Shown here: positions 13,033-25,520 of the stretch, in pieces
Numbering within the stretch: the stretch's first letter is position 1
How the letters are laid out: every line of letters starts with the position of its first letter
NCBI RefSeq assembly: GCF_963921235.1
Contig: NC_086109.1
Coordinates: 37,636,001-37,700,000, forward strand
Direction: 5' to 3'
Source of the DNA: Mobula hypostoma
Taxonomy: Eukaryota
DNA length: 64,000 bases
Position numbers and translations under genes: made by a program
The notes under the pieces: generated by a model
The model's database searches: none
Seen by the model: only the letters and a program-made list of their open reading frames with translations
What the model was told of the DNA's origin: nothing

Positions 13033-14469
13033 CTATGTATTATAACAACAAATATGGTATTAGTGTAGGGGTTCCTGAGAAACAGCAATGGGATTAGATA
13101 TTATAAACATATATGAGCTTTGCAAACTTCACATTGCATTGAGTATACCTTTAGAACTACAACTATATTGAGCTTTCCACAAATTACATCTCCCAAAAAA
13201 AAACCTAGTTTTCAACATATAAATTCCTATATTACTGTGATTTATGTTCACAAAGAGTACAGAGTTTATGCTGAAAATGAGGTTCACAGGGATCACAGTT
13301 CAATCGAATCATAAAGGTGCACAGAGACTCTGTTGTGGTGGTTGAAAGATACTTGGAAAAGAATGAGTAAACTGCTTAAATCACAGAACTTTGGCAACAA
13401 TGGAGCAATGAGCCAAACAGGTTGAGAATGATGGTAACCAGGCCCATGAAACAAGGGGAAAACTTCAGGGTGCTGGACTAGTCAGTTTTATTCATTGTGG
13501 TACTGTACATAGTAGGAGAGATTGTGCTTGGCTTGGAACCCTACCAGTATTCTTGCAATCACATGACAAAGGAAGAAGGCTATGACAACAAATGACAGGA
13601 ACATCAGGTTTCACATGGCAAGACACAGCAACCAGAGCAATTAAGGTAAACTTGTCACTCCCTCTGCCCTTTCTGTATGAACTTCTTATTTGCTTATAAG
13701 ACAAGAAGCACTTCGAAAGAATTTAACATAGCTAATATAAGTACTAATATAAATGAATTTTCTAATGTTTCCTATACTGATGAACAGAACTATATCACCA
13801 GTGAAGAACACACGCATGCCCTTGAATCAACAAAGGTTTTTTGATCACTTCCCTTCAAAAGTTGGAAAAATATTGAGGGATCACTGACAATACTTCTAGT
13901 CAAGATAGCGCATGTGTACAATGCTCCTTTGGTTGATATCTTCTGGATAAATCATGAAACCATATTTTTCACTTCTTTTATGTCTTTCACATTTCTTTCT
14001 CATCTTGAAGGTGATTCTAGGACTGTTGGAGCCCGTGATTTGCTGCTTGGAGATCTTTTTGGGTGCTTCAGTGCTCTGCAGTCTCTGCGAAGATTGCGGG
14101 ATGCAGAGGCAACATGAATGAACCTTGTGGTGACAAGGCTCAGGATAGCATGCGTGCCGACCCCATCTCGCTGATTATAGTATCCATTGTTTGCCATCCA
14201 ATTAAAGCGACAAGGGTGATTGAAACATCAAGGAGAGTGTGGAAGTTCGGAGATCGTTTGGGTGTTCCAGGGCTCTGCAGTCTCCAAGAGGATTCTGGGA
14301 GGCAGCTTGCATGATCTTTGTAGCGGGCACGCTCCAGGATAGGGTGCAAGCTGATGTTTGGCTCCATTTCACTGATTACAGCACCCATAGTTTGTCGATT
14401 AAAGCGAAAAGGGAGATTGAAGCACTGAGGTGAGTGCAGAGGGTGAGCGCCAGCTGGATGTCTTTTGAG

Positions 14470-14935
14470 TGGTTGCTCTGTATTGGAGAGGAGAGAGCCA
14501 GCTGCTGAGCTTGGGCCCGGACAGTATTGTCCAGTTTTTTCCTGCACTTTGGATGTGGACTTTGGATCATAGACCCTATTTTTCAGTCTTACTCTATTTT
14601 TCAGTTTTTATATTCTGTTTTTTTTTTGCCCGATCTTCTTGGTTTTTTTATGCAGAGTGGGGGATTTGGGGCTCAATGGGCCTGATTCATTTTGTTTGTT
14701 TTTTTTGTGTGGGAGGAGGGATTTGGGGGTTGATGTGCCTGATTAGTTTTTTTTTGTGCGGGAGGAGGGATTTAGGGGTCAATGTACCTGATTCATTTTG
14801 TTTTTTTTGTGTGGGAGTTGGAATTTGGGGATTGATGATTATGCAGCCTTTCATTTCTTTCTTGGTTTCATGGCTACCCAGAGAATTGAAGAATTTCAGT
14901 GCTGTGTACTTTGATAATACAAGAACCTTTGAAGA
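14470..14935 (+). repeat. Dispersed retroposon tail with about four tandem ~50-60 bp units (TTTTGTGTGGGAGGAGGGATTTGGGGG...CCTGATT)
   Basis: Units visible at 14645-14840; ends in a GTACTTTGATAATA...CTTTGAA tail similar to 29937-29971. Confidence 0.65.
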
Positions 14936-15059
14936 TTTGGTAACGTGATCTAAATCTCTGACACTCTTACACCCAGCTGATCAGTCAGCCCTCAAATTCA
15001 TAATTTGGCACAAGTATATAATTTGAATTCACTTTCACAATACTGCACTATCTCCTGAT

Positions 15060-15162
15060 TAGTTAGTCCTGACGAAGGGTCTCGGCCTGAAACGTCGACT
15101 GCGCCTCTTCCTATAGATGCTGCCTGGCCTGCTGCGTTCACCAGCAACTTTGATGTATGTTG
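15060..15162 (+). mobile_element. ~103-bp Penelope-derived retroposon with 12-bp TSD
   Basis: CTATCTCCTGAT at 15048-15059 and 15163-15174; body homologous to the Penelope tail. Confidence 0.85.
15065..15100 (+). ncRNA. Minimal type-I hammerhead ribozyme motif (Penelope type)
   Basis: AGTC-CTGACGA-AGGGTCTCGGCCT-GAAACGTC-GACT: stem I AGTC/GACT, CUGANGA box, stem II, GAAA, palindromic ACGU stem III, GUC triplet. Confidence 0.8.
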
Positions 15163-15284
15163 CTATCTCCTGATAACAGCTTATGTCGTAAGTTCTGTTA
15201 TCCTATTTAAATACTTGCATCCTGCTCTGCTCTCTATACACACTTCAATACTTCTTGAAAAATAAGGTTCACTAAACCTCTTAG

Positions 15285-15700
15285 CCTTTCCTTTTATTTT
15301 AGTAGGAACATACAAATTCAGTACTCTAAATATTTCACTTTTGAAGGCCTCCCACTTACCTTTAGCAGAAGATTACTTATCGCAATCATCATTTGCCAGA
15401 TTCTTGAGGATGCCATTAAAACTGGCCTTTCTCCAATTTAGAATCTCAACTTGAGGACTTGTTCTATCTTTTTTCTTAAGTATCTTGAAACTAACAGGAT
15501 TATGATCGCTAGGTCCAAAGTGCACCCCTACACACATTTCTGTCACCTGTCCTGTCTCTCTCTCCAATTGGAGATTCAGTATTATACTTTCTTTACTTGA
15601 GACCTCTATATATTGACTAAGGAAATTTCCCTGAACATATTTTAGAAACTTTGTCCCATCCAGTCATCTTACAGTTTGGAAGTCCAGTCAACACATAAAA
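15285..15700 (-). mobile_element. Degraded CR1 fragment (endonuclease/linker region)
   Basis: ORF 15373..15567 GQVTEMCVGVHFGPSDHN...NWRKA parallels the young CR1 at 2787. Confidence 0.8.
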
Positions 15701-16989
15701 ATCATCTGGTTCTTAAGCCAACTGGCAACACTCTAATCATTACATTTTAGCAATATTATCATCACTTGGATAACATAGCATTAAAATGGACTTTGTTTTT
15801 TAAAAATTCCAATTGTGCTCTTTCTCGTAAAAATGTGTGTAATTTGGTTTAATTTATGCTTTTTTTCTTGTGAGTGCTGCCTTACTTGCATGTGATGCTG
15901 CTGCAATAAGTTTATCATTGCACCCATGCATACATGTACTTGTGTATTTGACAATTAACTTGACTTTGACCTTGGCCATATTAGAAGGAAACATGTGCAG
16001 TTGGTAACTGGTATGCAGTGCATTTTGATTCCAGAAGGCTCTTAATAAAAGATTTGTTCACCATTAGTTTTCCCAGCACTTGCTGAATGCCAGAGGAGAT
16101 TTTAAGAACAGGTTAGCATCAGTAGTAAACATCGATAAAAAGTACTTGTTATAAATATATACGAAGGACATTAGGTCTACTTCATGATATGAAGAAGGAA
16201 ATCAATTTCTTGTTTGTTTATGAGAAAGTAAATGGAAGTCAATATATATTGGGAAGCATACTTCTATGTGCCTCATAATGCAATTGCTAACGTAAAACTC
16301 TTCTCAGTAATCATCAAATGTGTGGCATGATCAGTAAACTCCAGGACAAGACCACTCTCAATTAGTGGACATCCTCCTAATCTCTTTGATTTCCTTTACT
16401 TCCTAATCTTGTTCAGTCTCAAACATAGGGAAACACCTGTGATATGTCTCATTGTTAAAACTTCATGAAATTTAAGTGAAAAGCAAGAGTTTTGAAACAG
16501 TTTACAGAATCCTTCCATATGTGTATGTGCCATTAAAAGCAATGTCTCAGAGTAAATCTGTAGCTACTCAGTGGACTAATCTCAATTATTTTTTTTGTAT
16601 TCATCCTAGGCACTGTCTGCAAAAGTAGCATTTATTGCTTATTCTGAAAAGATGATGGTAAGGCTCTGAGATTGGAGAATTCTTGCAGGTAGTTCACTCT
16701 TGCCTATTGTTGCAACTTATCAGGTACAAACTTAAGTGTTATATTTTCAGGGGTAAAAATATTTGCTCTTATGACTTTGTCCTTTGCACTTTGGAGCAAA
16801 TATATCTTATATCACTAGCAGTTTCTACAGGAAAGCAAGGTGCATTTTCGAAAGGGATCAGCAGTAGATCCAAATCAAGAACACTTGAAGTACATTGGCT
16901 GCAGCTCTGAACCCTACTCCGACCCAAGAAGATTTCAGGTCTCAGCTCTCTATGCATTATATACCCCAGAATAGTAATACTATAATTAC

Positions 16990-17150
16990 AGTTGCTTTCT
17001 GGCTGGATGGAAAATACTCCCATTGCTCTTTTCTGGCCATCTTCATCATCACGAATAGCAACATCTGAATCCCACAGGTTGGGCGGTTTGTGACTATTTT
17101 TGCAGGAACCATACGCACAACACTGATAGGCAAATGGCATTTCCAGCACC
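16990..17150 (-). CDS. LGR6: LGR6 exon 16, 161 nt, LRRCT/hinge (VLEMPFAYQCCAYGSC...QPESN)
   Basis: gattgcag|G...T|gtaatt; MPFAYQCC hinge motif; overlaps ORF 16769..17149. Confidence 0.93.
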
Positions 17151-17469
17151 CTGCAATCAAGATATAAAATTTTCCAATTACTTTATAGAAGCTAAACACC
17201 TTCAATATTCAGTCTAGATGCTTTTGAGTTCAAAGTTTATTATCAAATGAAACAATGTTCAACTGCACAACACAAGGCATATAACTCACATGCAACACAT
17301 AAGGTAATAATACCATAAATAAATTAACAATTAACATAGTGCATTTATGACACAGGGCAAAAAGTATTCTGATAATGCATTAACAGTTTACTTACAGTAT
17401 ATTCTTAGTATCACAGTGAGACACCATGCTAATTTTCTTGTATAGAGTAAAACATGGAATTCTTTTCAC

Positions 17470-18110
17470 TTTCAGCAACACACACTAAATGTTGGAGGAA
17501 CTTAGAAGGTCAGGCAGTATCTATGAATATGATACAGTTCGGTCCAAGACATGTCATCGGGAGTGGAAAGAGTGATGGCAGAGGCCAGAATAAAAGGGTG
17601 GGAGTATAGGGGGGAGCAAGAGCTGGCTGGTACATAGAACATAGAACATAGAATAGTACAGCACAGTACAGTACAGGCCCTTTGGCCCACAATGTTGTGC
17701 TGACCCTTAGACCCTGCCTCCCATATACCCCCCCCCACCTTAAATTCCTCCATATACCTGTCTAGTAGTCTCTTAAATTTATTGGTAATAGATAAATCCA
17801 GGTGAGAAGTGGAAGATAGGTGGGTGGGGGAGTGTAGGGGTGGGTGGCAGTGGGAACAATGTGAAAAGCTGAGGGGTGATAGATGGAAGGGGCAAATGGG
17901 TGGAAGAAGAAGGAATATAATCAGAAAGGACAGTAGATCATGGAATGAAAGGAAATCAGTGAGAACCCAAAGGGAGGAAGGCACAGGTGACGAGGGCAGG
18001 GAAGGGACAAGAGAAGGGACAAAGGTTCTGGGATGATAAGGGAAAACAAAATTGGGAGGGTTGCAGAACAGAGGGGAGTGGTTACTAGAAGTTAAAGAAA
18101 TTAATGTCGA
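17470..18110 (-). mobile_element. Penelope-derived 3' repeat interrupted by a 150-bp CR1 tail (17633-17782, TSD TGGTA)
   Basis: Reverse-complement homology to 22700-23025; inserted tail closely similar to 441-590. Confidence 0.75.
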
Positions 18111-18779
18111 TTTTTATCTGAATCCCATTTGTTACTTTATGCAGATGCACCGTGCTTCAGTAAATTTTATTATGATGTTCTGCATGGGTTATGAACATTT
18201 GCACAACCAGTATTGAGAATGTGTAACTACAACCATGAATATTAGCATTTTCTTTATCCAATGGGTGCCAAATGACATCCATTGGACAAATATGATAGAA
18301 GCAGCATTTAGAAGTAAATTATTAAATGGAACTGTAATGTCTGTAATGTCTTTGCCCTCTTGCATCAGCATGTGTAATATACGTTTTGTAGTTCAAGTGC
18401 TTTTTAGAAACAATGTTCATACTGCCTGCCACAGAAAATCACTTCACTATTCTGATGGCATTCATACCAGCTTAAGATTGAGTGGGTTGAGAGCTTCAAG
18501 CTGCATGGGTGAACATCACCAACAGCTTATCCTGTTCCACTACACAGGCACCAATGCCATGAAAGCTCAAAAACATCAATGCTCACAAGACTAAAGAAAG
18601 CTGGCATGTCCCTGTTGACCCCTATCAATTTCATCAATGCACCATAGAAAGCATCCTATCTGGATGCATAATGGCTTGGTATGGCAACCACAAGAAACTG
18701 CAGTGGGTTGCAGACACAGATTAACACATCATAGAAATCACTTTCCCTTCTATGAACGCTAATTATACTGCCTCAGTAA

Positions 18780-19232
18780 AGGCTGATTTATACTTGTGCG
18801 TACAGGCTACGCTGTAGGCCTGATTTATACTTTTGCGCAGCCCTATGCAGTAGCGAGCATGCGTTGTTGTATCAGCGTCGCTCTGCAATTCACCGCCAAA
18901 ACGCTAGTTGGCGGTGGGGTTTCTACGCCACTGTGTTGAGTTTCTTTGTGACAGACATGGACGAGGAAATGCATTTCAAATATTTTCCGATGTCGGCAGG
19001 TAGATTTGACGATTTGGTTCATTGCCTCCAACCATATATTTCGCATCAGCGAACAGACATGGCGGAGAAAAGCCACCAGGAATGCGATGCTACCAAGCGG
19101 ACCAATCACAGTTATTGTGGTCTGCGTCGCCGTGACGCGTGAGTTACATTTTTGGGGAGGTGCACGTCACCTCATGGCATAGGGTACGCAGTACCTACTG
19201 CATACATTTGACGCAGAAGTATAAATTGGGCT
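18780..19232. mobile_element. Non-autonomous PIF/Harbinger element (453 bp) nested in a Rex/L2-type LINE remnant (~18535-19490)
   Basis: TIRs AGGCTGATTTATACTTGTGCGT and ACGCAGAAGTATAAATTGGGCT; flanks TAA/TAC; internal [29 protein letters not shown] resembles the Harbinger transposase N-terminal FxxYFRMS..FD.L motif. Confidence 0.8.
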
Positions 19233-19730
19233 TACAGCAGCACAAGGGCAGCTTCTACCCCACTGTAGTAAGACTAAGGAATAGCTTCCTAGTAGACTTC
19301 TGACCTCACAATTTAACCTGTTATGATCTCACACGTTATTGTTTGTCTGCACTGCACTTCCTCTGTAGCTCTTCTGATTTATTTTACATTATTATAGTTT
19401 TAACTTGCTCTCCCTCAATGCACTATGTAATGATTTGATCTGTATGAACAAGCTTTTCACTGTCTCTCTAAACATGTGATAAACGAATGCCAATATGAAG
19501 AGTAATGAAACAAAATAATAAAATGATTTTTATTTTATAGAGATGCTGCCTGGCCTGCTGCGTTCACCAGCAACTTTGATGTGTGTTGCTTTGATGAAAT
19601 AATTTGTTAGGACAAACCCCGATATTAATCATGAATTATAGCAAACACTGCGTACAAGAAAATTGTTCTGTATGGATTCACTTGTAACCAATCGTCCAAT
19701 GGTCATTAACAGGGCAGTTGTTTTTCTCTG

Positions 19731-19920
19731 ACACACACAGTATGCTGGAGGAACTCAGCAGGCCAGGCAGTATCTATGGAAAAGAGTAAGCACTTGGTGT
19801 TTTGGGCTGAGGTCCTGGCCTGAAATGTCGACTGTTTACTCTTTTCCATAGACGCTGCCTGACCTGCTGTTTCTCCAGCATTTTGTGTGCGGTGTTTGGG
19901 TTTCCAGCATCTGCAGATTT
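19731..19920. repeat. Head-to-head inverted pair of Penelope tails (long palindrome)
   Basis: Arms ~19733-19808 and ~19816-19889 are approximate reverse complements. Confidence 0.85.
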
Positions 19921-20497
19921 TCTAGTCATTGTTTATTGTGTCTTCTCTGCTTCATGGAATATATGTTAGCCTAAGGAATTAATTATCTTGTTATTTTGTG
20001 TTGTCGCAAACTGTTGACTATTTCTCCTATTAAGCATGAACATAATGATTTCAAGAAATCATTACATTGGAAAATGACTAATATAGTTTCATTTTAAATT
20101 AAAAGAAAGATACTTTTTGGATACAAATGTTAGATAATTTTCATTAAATAATTTTCAGAAGGCATTTCACTCTTTACTTTTTCAGATAGATTGCTTAACC
20201 ATGGATTGTAAGCAAATATATTCTTCCCATCGATAAATGATGATTCAGCACAATTATCCTTTCAAATAAATTGCTCCATTAAATATAACACCAAACTGAT
20301 ATATAAACTTAGTTTGCCTCAAAAATCGTTTCCAGCAATGTATTTTTGTATTTTCTTATTTAAAACTTCACAACCAAATTAAAGTAAGTGATTAAAGTAG
20401 AACAAATTATTTGCTTTATAATCAAATTGATTTAATTTTTTAAATTAAAATAGTTTACACTTGTCATTTCTTAATGGAGAGTTCTGTGGGTACATTT

Positions 20498-20671
20498 CAG
20501 TAAACACTTTTCAATAATTTCTACTAACCATAACAACTATTTCAGTAACTAATATGATTGTCATTAATTTTATTACCGATGCACAGTAAACAATTTTCAA
20601 TAATTTCTACTAACCATAACAAGAATTTCAGTAACTAATATGATTGTCATTAATTTTATTACCAATTGCAC
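20498..20671. repeat. Local tandem duplication, 2 x 86 bp
   Basis: CAGTAAACA..TTTTCAATAATTTCTACTAACCATAACAA...TTTTATTACC at 20498 and 20584. Confidence 0.9.
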
Positions 20672-21003
20672 ACTCATTCTCCAATTAAGAAGACAGGAAA
20701 TTCTGGTCACCAGATGCCATGACATCACAAACACATGCGCATATGTTCTATCTATTTTGCTAATGTTATTAAGTTGCAAATACATTCAAAATGTTTCCAG
20801 TTCTGCTGCATGTAGTGACCAATGCAATTACTGTTTGATGTAAATGAATCATTTATTATAACCACATGAACCCTTAAATTTATGTCACTTCTCCAAATAG
20901 ACTAAATACATTAATAGATCAAAAGGAAGATTATTGCTATTTTGTTCTGAAGGAGCATTTGAGAATTTAAAGGTTTAGTGCTAAAGCTTTCTAAATTTCC
21001 TAC

Positions 21004-21129
21004 CTTAACTTGGGAAAATTTTCTTCTGGAAAGGATTCTGATAGTGCAAGATTTCCTTTCAGCTTCAGATGTGTCAGTCCACTTAGACCATTCAAAGGGA
21101 GAGAGGAAAGCCGATTGAATGTCAGATCC
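21004..21129 (-). CDS. LGR6: LGR6 exon 15, 126 nt, [42 protein letters not shown]
   Basis: ttttgcag|G...AG|gtagga; [11 protein letters not shown] motif. Confidence 0.95.
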
Positions 21130-21844
21130 CTGCAAAATATTGAATATATTAAAGATCTGCAGTTAAGAATACATTTGTAATGAATATGTAAACAGCAAAT
21201 GAGATGTTTAATTCATTCATGGAAATGCACATATTTTGCACTTGTAAATATTGATCTGCTGATCAGAGTCCTAACTCCATTATTGATGCTACTACTGTTC
21301 ACAACTGTGGGTGGCTACTTGATTGTTTCATCCATTTTGTATGATCAATAACCTTTCAGTCAATGAACTGGTAAGCAGAGATTGCCAGAAGATTTGGTGT
21401 GTCTGGTTGCTGGAATCATATCTTGCACTGGTTTAATTTAAAACTTTTTGAAGCATTCTGATCTCACAGGGAAACCTCACAAGTGTGCTTTTATAACTTG
21501 TTATTGCTGATATAATACATATGCTGTGACTACTTCCCAGCTCACTCCTACAATCAGGTTAGTAGAGGAAATTGCAGTGAACATACAATTGACAAAAGAT
21601 TCTGTAGGTGACCTGCTCCTATTTCTATTTCATATGGTCTTATGATCCTATCAAACATAGCATCTGGTCAGAAGAAAGATCTGAAAGAAGTTAATATTGA
21701 CTGTAAAATGCCTTTCAGGAAGTTGATTGGATGATAACCCCTCTGGGTAATAATCTGCATCCTAGCGTACTTAAGGACATGGAACTAGAAATTCTCAGAG
21801 CCCAATTGTCTGTATCCCATAGTAATTAAAGACATGAAACCACA

Positions 21845-23025
21845 AACAGTACTCTCACAGCTACCTGGACTATGCCTCTTCCCATCCTGTAACTTGTAAA
21901 AATGGCATCCTCTTCTCTCAATTGCTCTCCTCTTCTGCATCTGCTCTCAGGATGAGGCTGTTTATTCTAGAATAAAGGAGATGTCCTCCTTTTTCAAAGA
22001 AAGGGGCTTCTCTTCCTCCACCATCAATGCTGCCCTCAACCATATCTCTTCCATTTCACGCATGTCAGCTCTTACCCCATTCTCCCGCCATTTTACCAGG
22101 GATAGGGTTTCTCTTGTCCTCACCTATCACCCCACCAGTCTCCATGTTCAGCATATAATTCTCCGAAACTTCGGCCATCTCCAAGAGAATCCCACCACCA
22201 AACACATATTTCCCTCCCCCTCCACTTTCTGCTTTCTTCAAGGATCGCTCCCTAGGTGACTCCCTTGTCCATTTGTCCCTCCCCACTGATCTCCCTCTTA
22301 ACACTTATCCTTGCAAGTGAAACAAGTGCTACACCTGCCCCTACACCTCTTCCCTCACTACCATTCAGGACCCTAAACTGTCGTTCCAGGTGAGGTGACA
22401 CTTCACCTGTGAGTCTGTTGGGGTCATATACTATATCTGAAAATCCTGGTGCGGCCTCCTGTATATTGTTAAGACCCAACGTAGATTGGGAGACTGCTTC
22501 GCCAAGCACCTATGCTCTGTTCACCTATAAAAGCAGGATCTCCTAGTGGCCACCTATTTTAATTCTACTTCCTGTTCCCATTCTGATGTGTCTATCTATG
22601 GCCTCCTCCACTGCCATGATCAGGCCACACTTAGGTTGGAGGAACAACACCTTATGTTCCATTTGGGTTGTCTCCTACCTGATGGCATGAACATCCATTT
22701 CTGGTAATGGACCCCACCCCTCCTCTCCTTCACCCTTTTCCTTCTCTCACTTTATCTCCTTGCCCGCCCATCGCCTCCCCCTGGTGCTCAAACCCCCTTT
22801 TCTTTCCTCCATGTCTCTTTTACCAATTTACTTCCCAACACTTTACTTCATCCCCTCCTCCCTCAGATTTCACCTATCACCTTGTGTTTCTCTCTCCCCT
22901 CCCCACTCCTCAGCTTCTTTTCTCCGGTCCTGCTGAAGGGTCTCGGTCTGAAACATCGACTGTACTCTTTTCCATAGATGCTGGCAGGCCTGCTGAGTTC
23001 CTCCAGCATTTTGTGTGTGTTGCAC
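21845..23025 (+). mobile_element. Penelope-like element remnant: RT C-terminus, GIY-YIG endonuclease and hammerhead-bearing 3' repeat
   Basis: HSYLDYASSHP..CKNGI.FSQ; FTCESVGVIY...CGLLYI..TQRRLGD.F; tail with CTGCTGA...GAAACATCGAC at 22930-22960. Confidence 0.85.
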
Positions 23026-23129
23026 AAACAGTAGATGGATTGTTTGTCATATTCCCACGTTCATTAGACTCTTGATCAGTTATTATGGATTGGAGGTAGC
23101 CAACTGAAATTCAAGGTGGATGGAGACAG

Positions 23130-25520
23130 AAAGTCTGGAAGTTTTGACTAGTTAGTCTGACACTGGTAGTGGGGAAAAGTTAGAGTACATGATTGAAGAT
23201 GTAATAGCAGAGCATTTGGAAAACAGCAGCAAAATTGGATAACGTCAGCAAAGTTTTATAAAATGGAAATCGTGCCTGACAAATATGCTAAAACTTTTTG
23301 AGTATGTACCCTACCGAGAGGGTAGAAGAGAATTAGTGAATGTTGTGTATTCAGACCTTTGGAAGACCTTTGAAATGATCCCTCATAAGAGGTTAATGTG
23401 AAAAATTAAAGCATGTGGATTGCAGGTAATGTACTGACATGAATGGAGAACGTGTGCAGACAAGAGGTAAAGAAAAGTGTTAAATGGGTCCTTTTTGAGT
23501 TGACACCATGTAACTTCATTTATTTAGATGAGGGAATTATATGTAATACCTCCAAGTTTGTGGATGACACAATGTCCTAGCAAAGTTTGAGTCATTAGGG
23601 AGAAGCAGAGAGGCTCCTGAACGATTTAGGAAGGGTGAGTGTAATGGGCAAGCACTTGAAGTACTGTTTGAAGTTTTGATCTCCTTTTCTGGTGAAAGAT
23701 GTTCTTGCTATGGAAGAAGTGCAGAGAAGTATATTCACTAAAATTCAGTAGAATATAGCCATAATGAGAGTGTACAAATTAGATGCAGGAAAGATGCTCA
23801 TAATGATGGGGGAGTTCAGAACTAGAGGTTATAGACTAATGAGACAGGGTAGGACTGGTAGGAGATACAGGTGGATGTCTTCATGAAAGAGTAGTGAAGC
23901 TCTGTATAGTAAAGGAGGCTGAGGTCAAATGGAGGACAAGGAAATGGCAGATGAACTGAATAAGTATTTTGCATCAGTCTTCACCGTGGAAGACACTAGC
24001 AGAAGTGTGTGAAGTTGCCATTACTAGGAAGAAGGTTCTGGAGAAACTGAAAGATCTGAAGATAGGTCAGTCACCTGGACCAGATGGTATACACCACAGA
24101 GTTCTGAAAGAGCTGGCTGAGGAGATTGTGGAGGCATTAAGTATGATCTTTCAAGGATCAATTGATTCTGGCATGGTTCCGGAGGAATGGAAAATTGCAG
24201 AAGTCACTCCACTCTTCAAGAAGGGAGAGAGGTCGAAGAATGGAAATTATAGGCCAATTAGTCTGACCTTAGTGTTTTGGGAAAAGTTGGGGTCAATTTT
24301 TGAGCATTTGGTTTTGGTCAACTTGGATGTACTTGATATAATAGGCCATAGTCAGCATGGTTTCCTTAAGGGAAAATCTTGCCTGACAAGTTGCCATGAA
24401 TGAGGCTGCTTAACAATTTAAGAGCCCATGGTATTACAGGAAAGATACTAGCATGGATAGAGCATTGGCTGAATGGCGGGAGGCAAAGAATGGGAATAAA
24501 GGGAACCTTTTCTGCTGGGCTGTTGGTGATTAATTCTGTTCCAAAGGGGTCTGTGTTGGGACCACTTCTTTTTGGATTATATGTCAATAATTTGGATGAC
24601 AGAATTGATGGCTTTGCGGATGATACGAAGGTAAATAGAGGAGGAGGTAGGTTTGAGGAAGTAGAGAGGCTACAGAAGGACTTAAACAGATTAGGAGAAT
24701 GGAAAAAAAGTGGCAGATGAAATACAGTGTCAGGAAATGTGTAATCATGCACATAGGTAGAAGAAATAAAAGCCTAGATTATTTCCTAAATGGAAAGAAA
24801 ATTTAAAAATCTGATGCACAAAGGGACGTGGGTGTCCTCGTGCAGGATTCCTTAAAGGTTAATTCACAGGTTGAGCTGATGGTGAGGAAGGCAAATGCAA
24901 TGTTAGCATTCATTTCGAGAGGATTAGAATATAAAAGCAAGGATGTAACGTTGAAGCTTGATAAGGTACAGGTGAGGCCTTGCTTGCAGTATTGTGGGAA
25001 GTTCTGGGCACCTCATCTGAGAAAGGATGTGTTGACATTGGAGTTTCATGAAAATGATTCTGGGATTGAAAGGCTTGTCGCATGAAGAGAATTTGATGAC
25101 TCTGGGACTCCACTCACTGGAGTTCTTAAGAACGAGGGTTGACGTCATTGAAGCTTATCAAATGTTGAAAAGCTTTAATAGAGTGGATCTGGAGAGGATG
25201 TTTCCTGTGGTGGGCTTGCATAAGATCGGGGTCACAGCCTCAGAAGAGAGGGGCATCCTCTTGGAATGGAGAGGAGATGGAATTTCTTCAGCTTGAGAGT
25301 GGTGAATCTGTGGTATTTGTCATCTCAGCCAGCTGTGGAGGTCAAGTCTTTGGATAGATTTAAGGTAGAGATTAATAGATTCTTGATTAGTCAGGGCATG
25401 ATATAGGCAGAAGGCAGGAGATTGTGCTGAGAGGGAAAATGGAACAGCCATGCTGAAATCGCAGAGACCCAATGGGCCAAATGGCCTAATTCTGCTCCTA
25501 TTTCTTAAGGTTTTATGGTC
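23130..25520 (+). mobile_element. Two adjacent degraded CR1 LINE RT fragments (~23130-23910 older, ~23915-25520 younger)
   Basis: ORFs 23969..24403 (SPGPDG, NYRPISL), 24400..24720 (GSVLGP, FADD) and 24828..25085. Confidence 0.9.

Noticed and set aside
13914..14570. Cluster of overlapping ORFs in a GC-richer patch
   Set aside because: No recognisable domain or splice context; adjoins a retroposon tail and is probably part of that repeat
14640..14840. Regularly spaced repeats resembling a CRISPR array
   Set aside because: Degenerate tandem units without unique spacers, eukaryotic context, no cas genes
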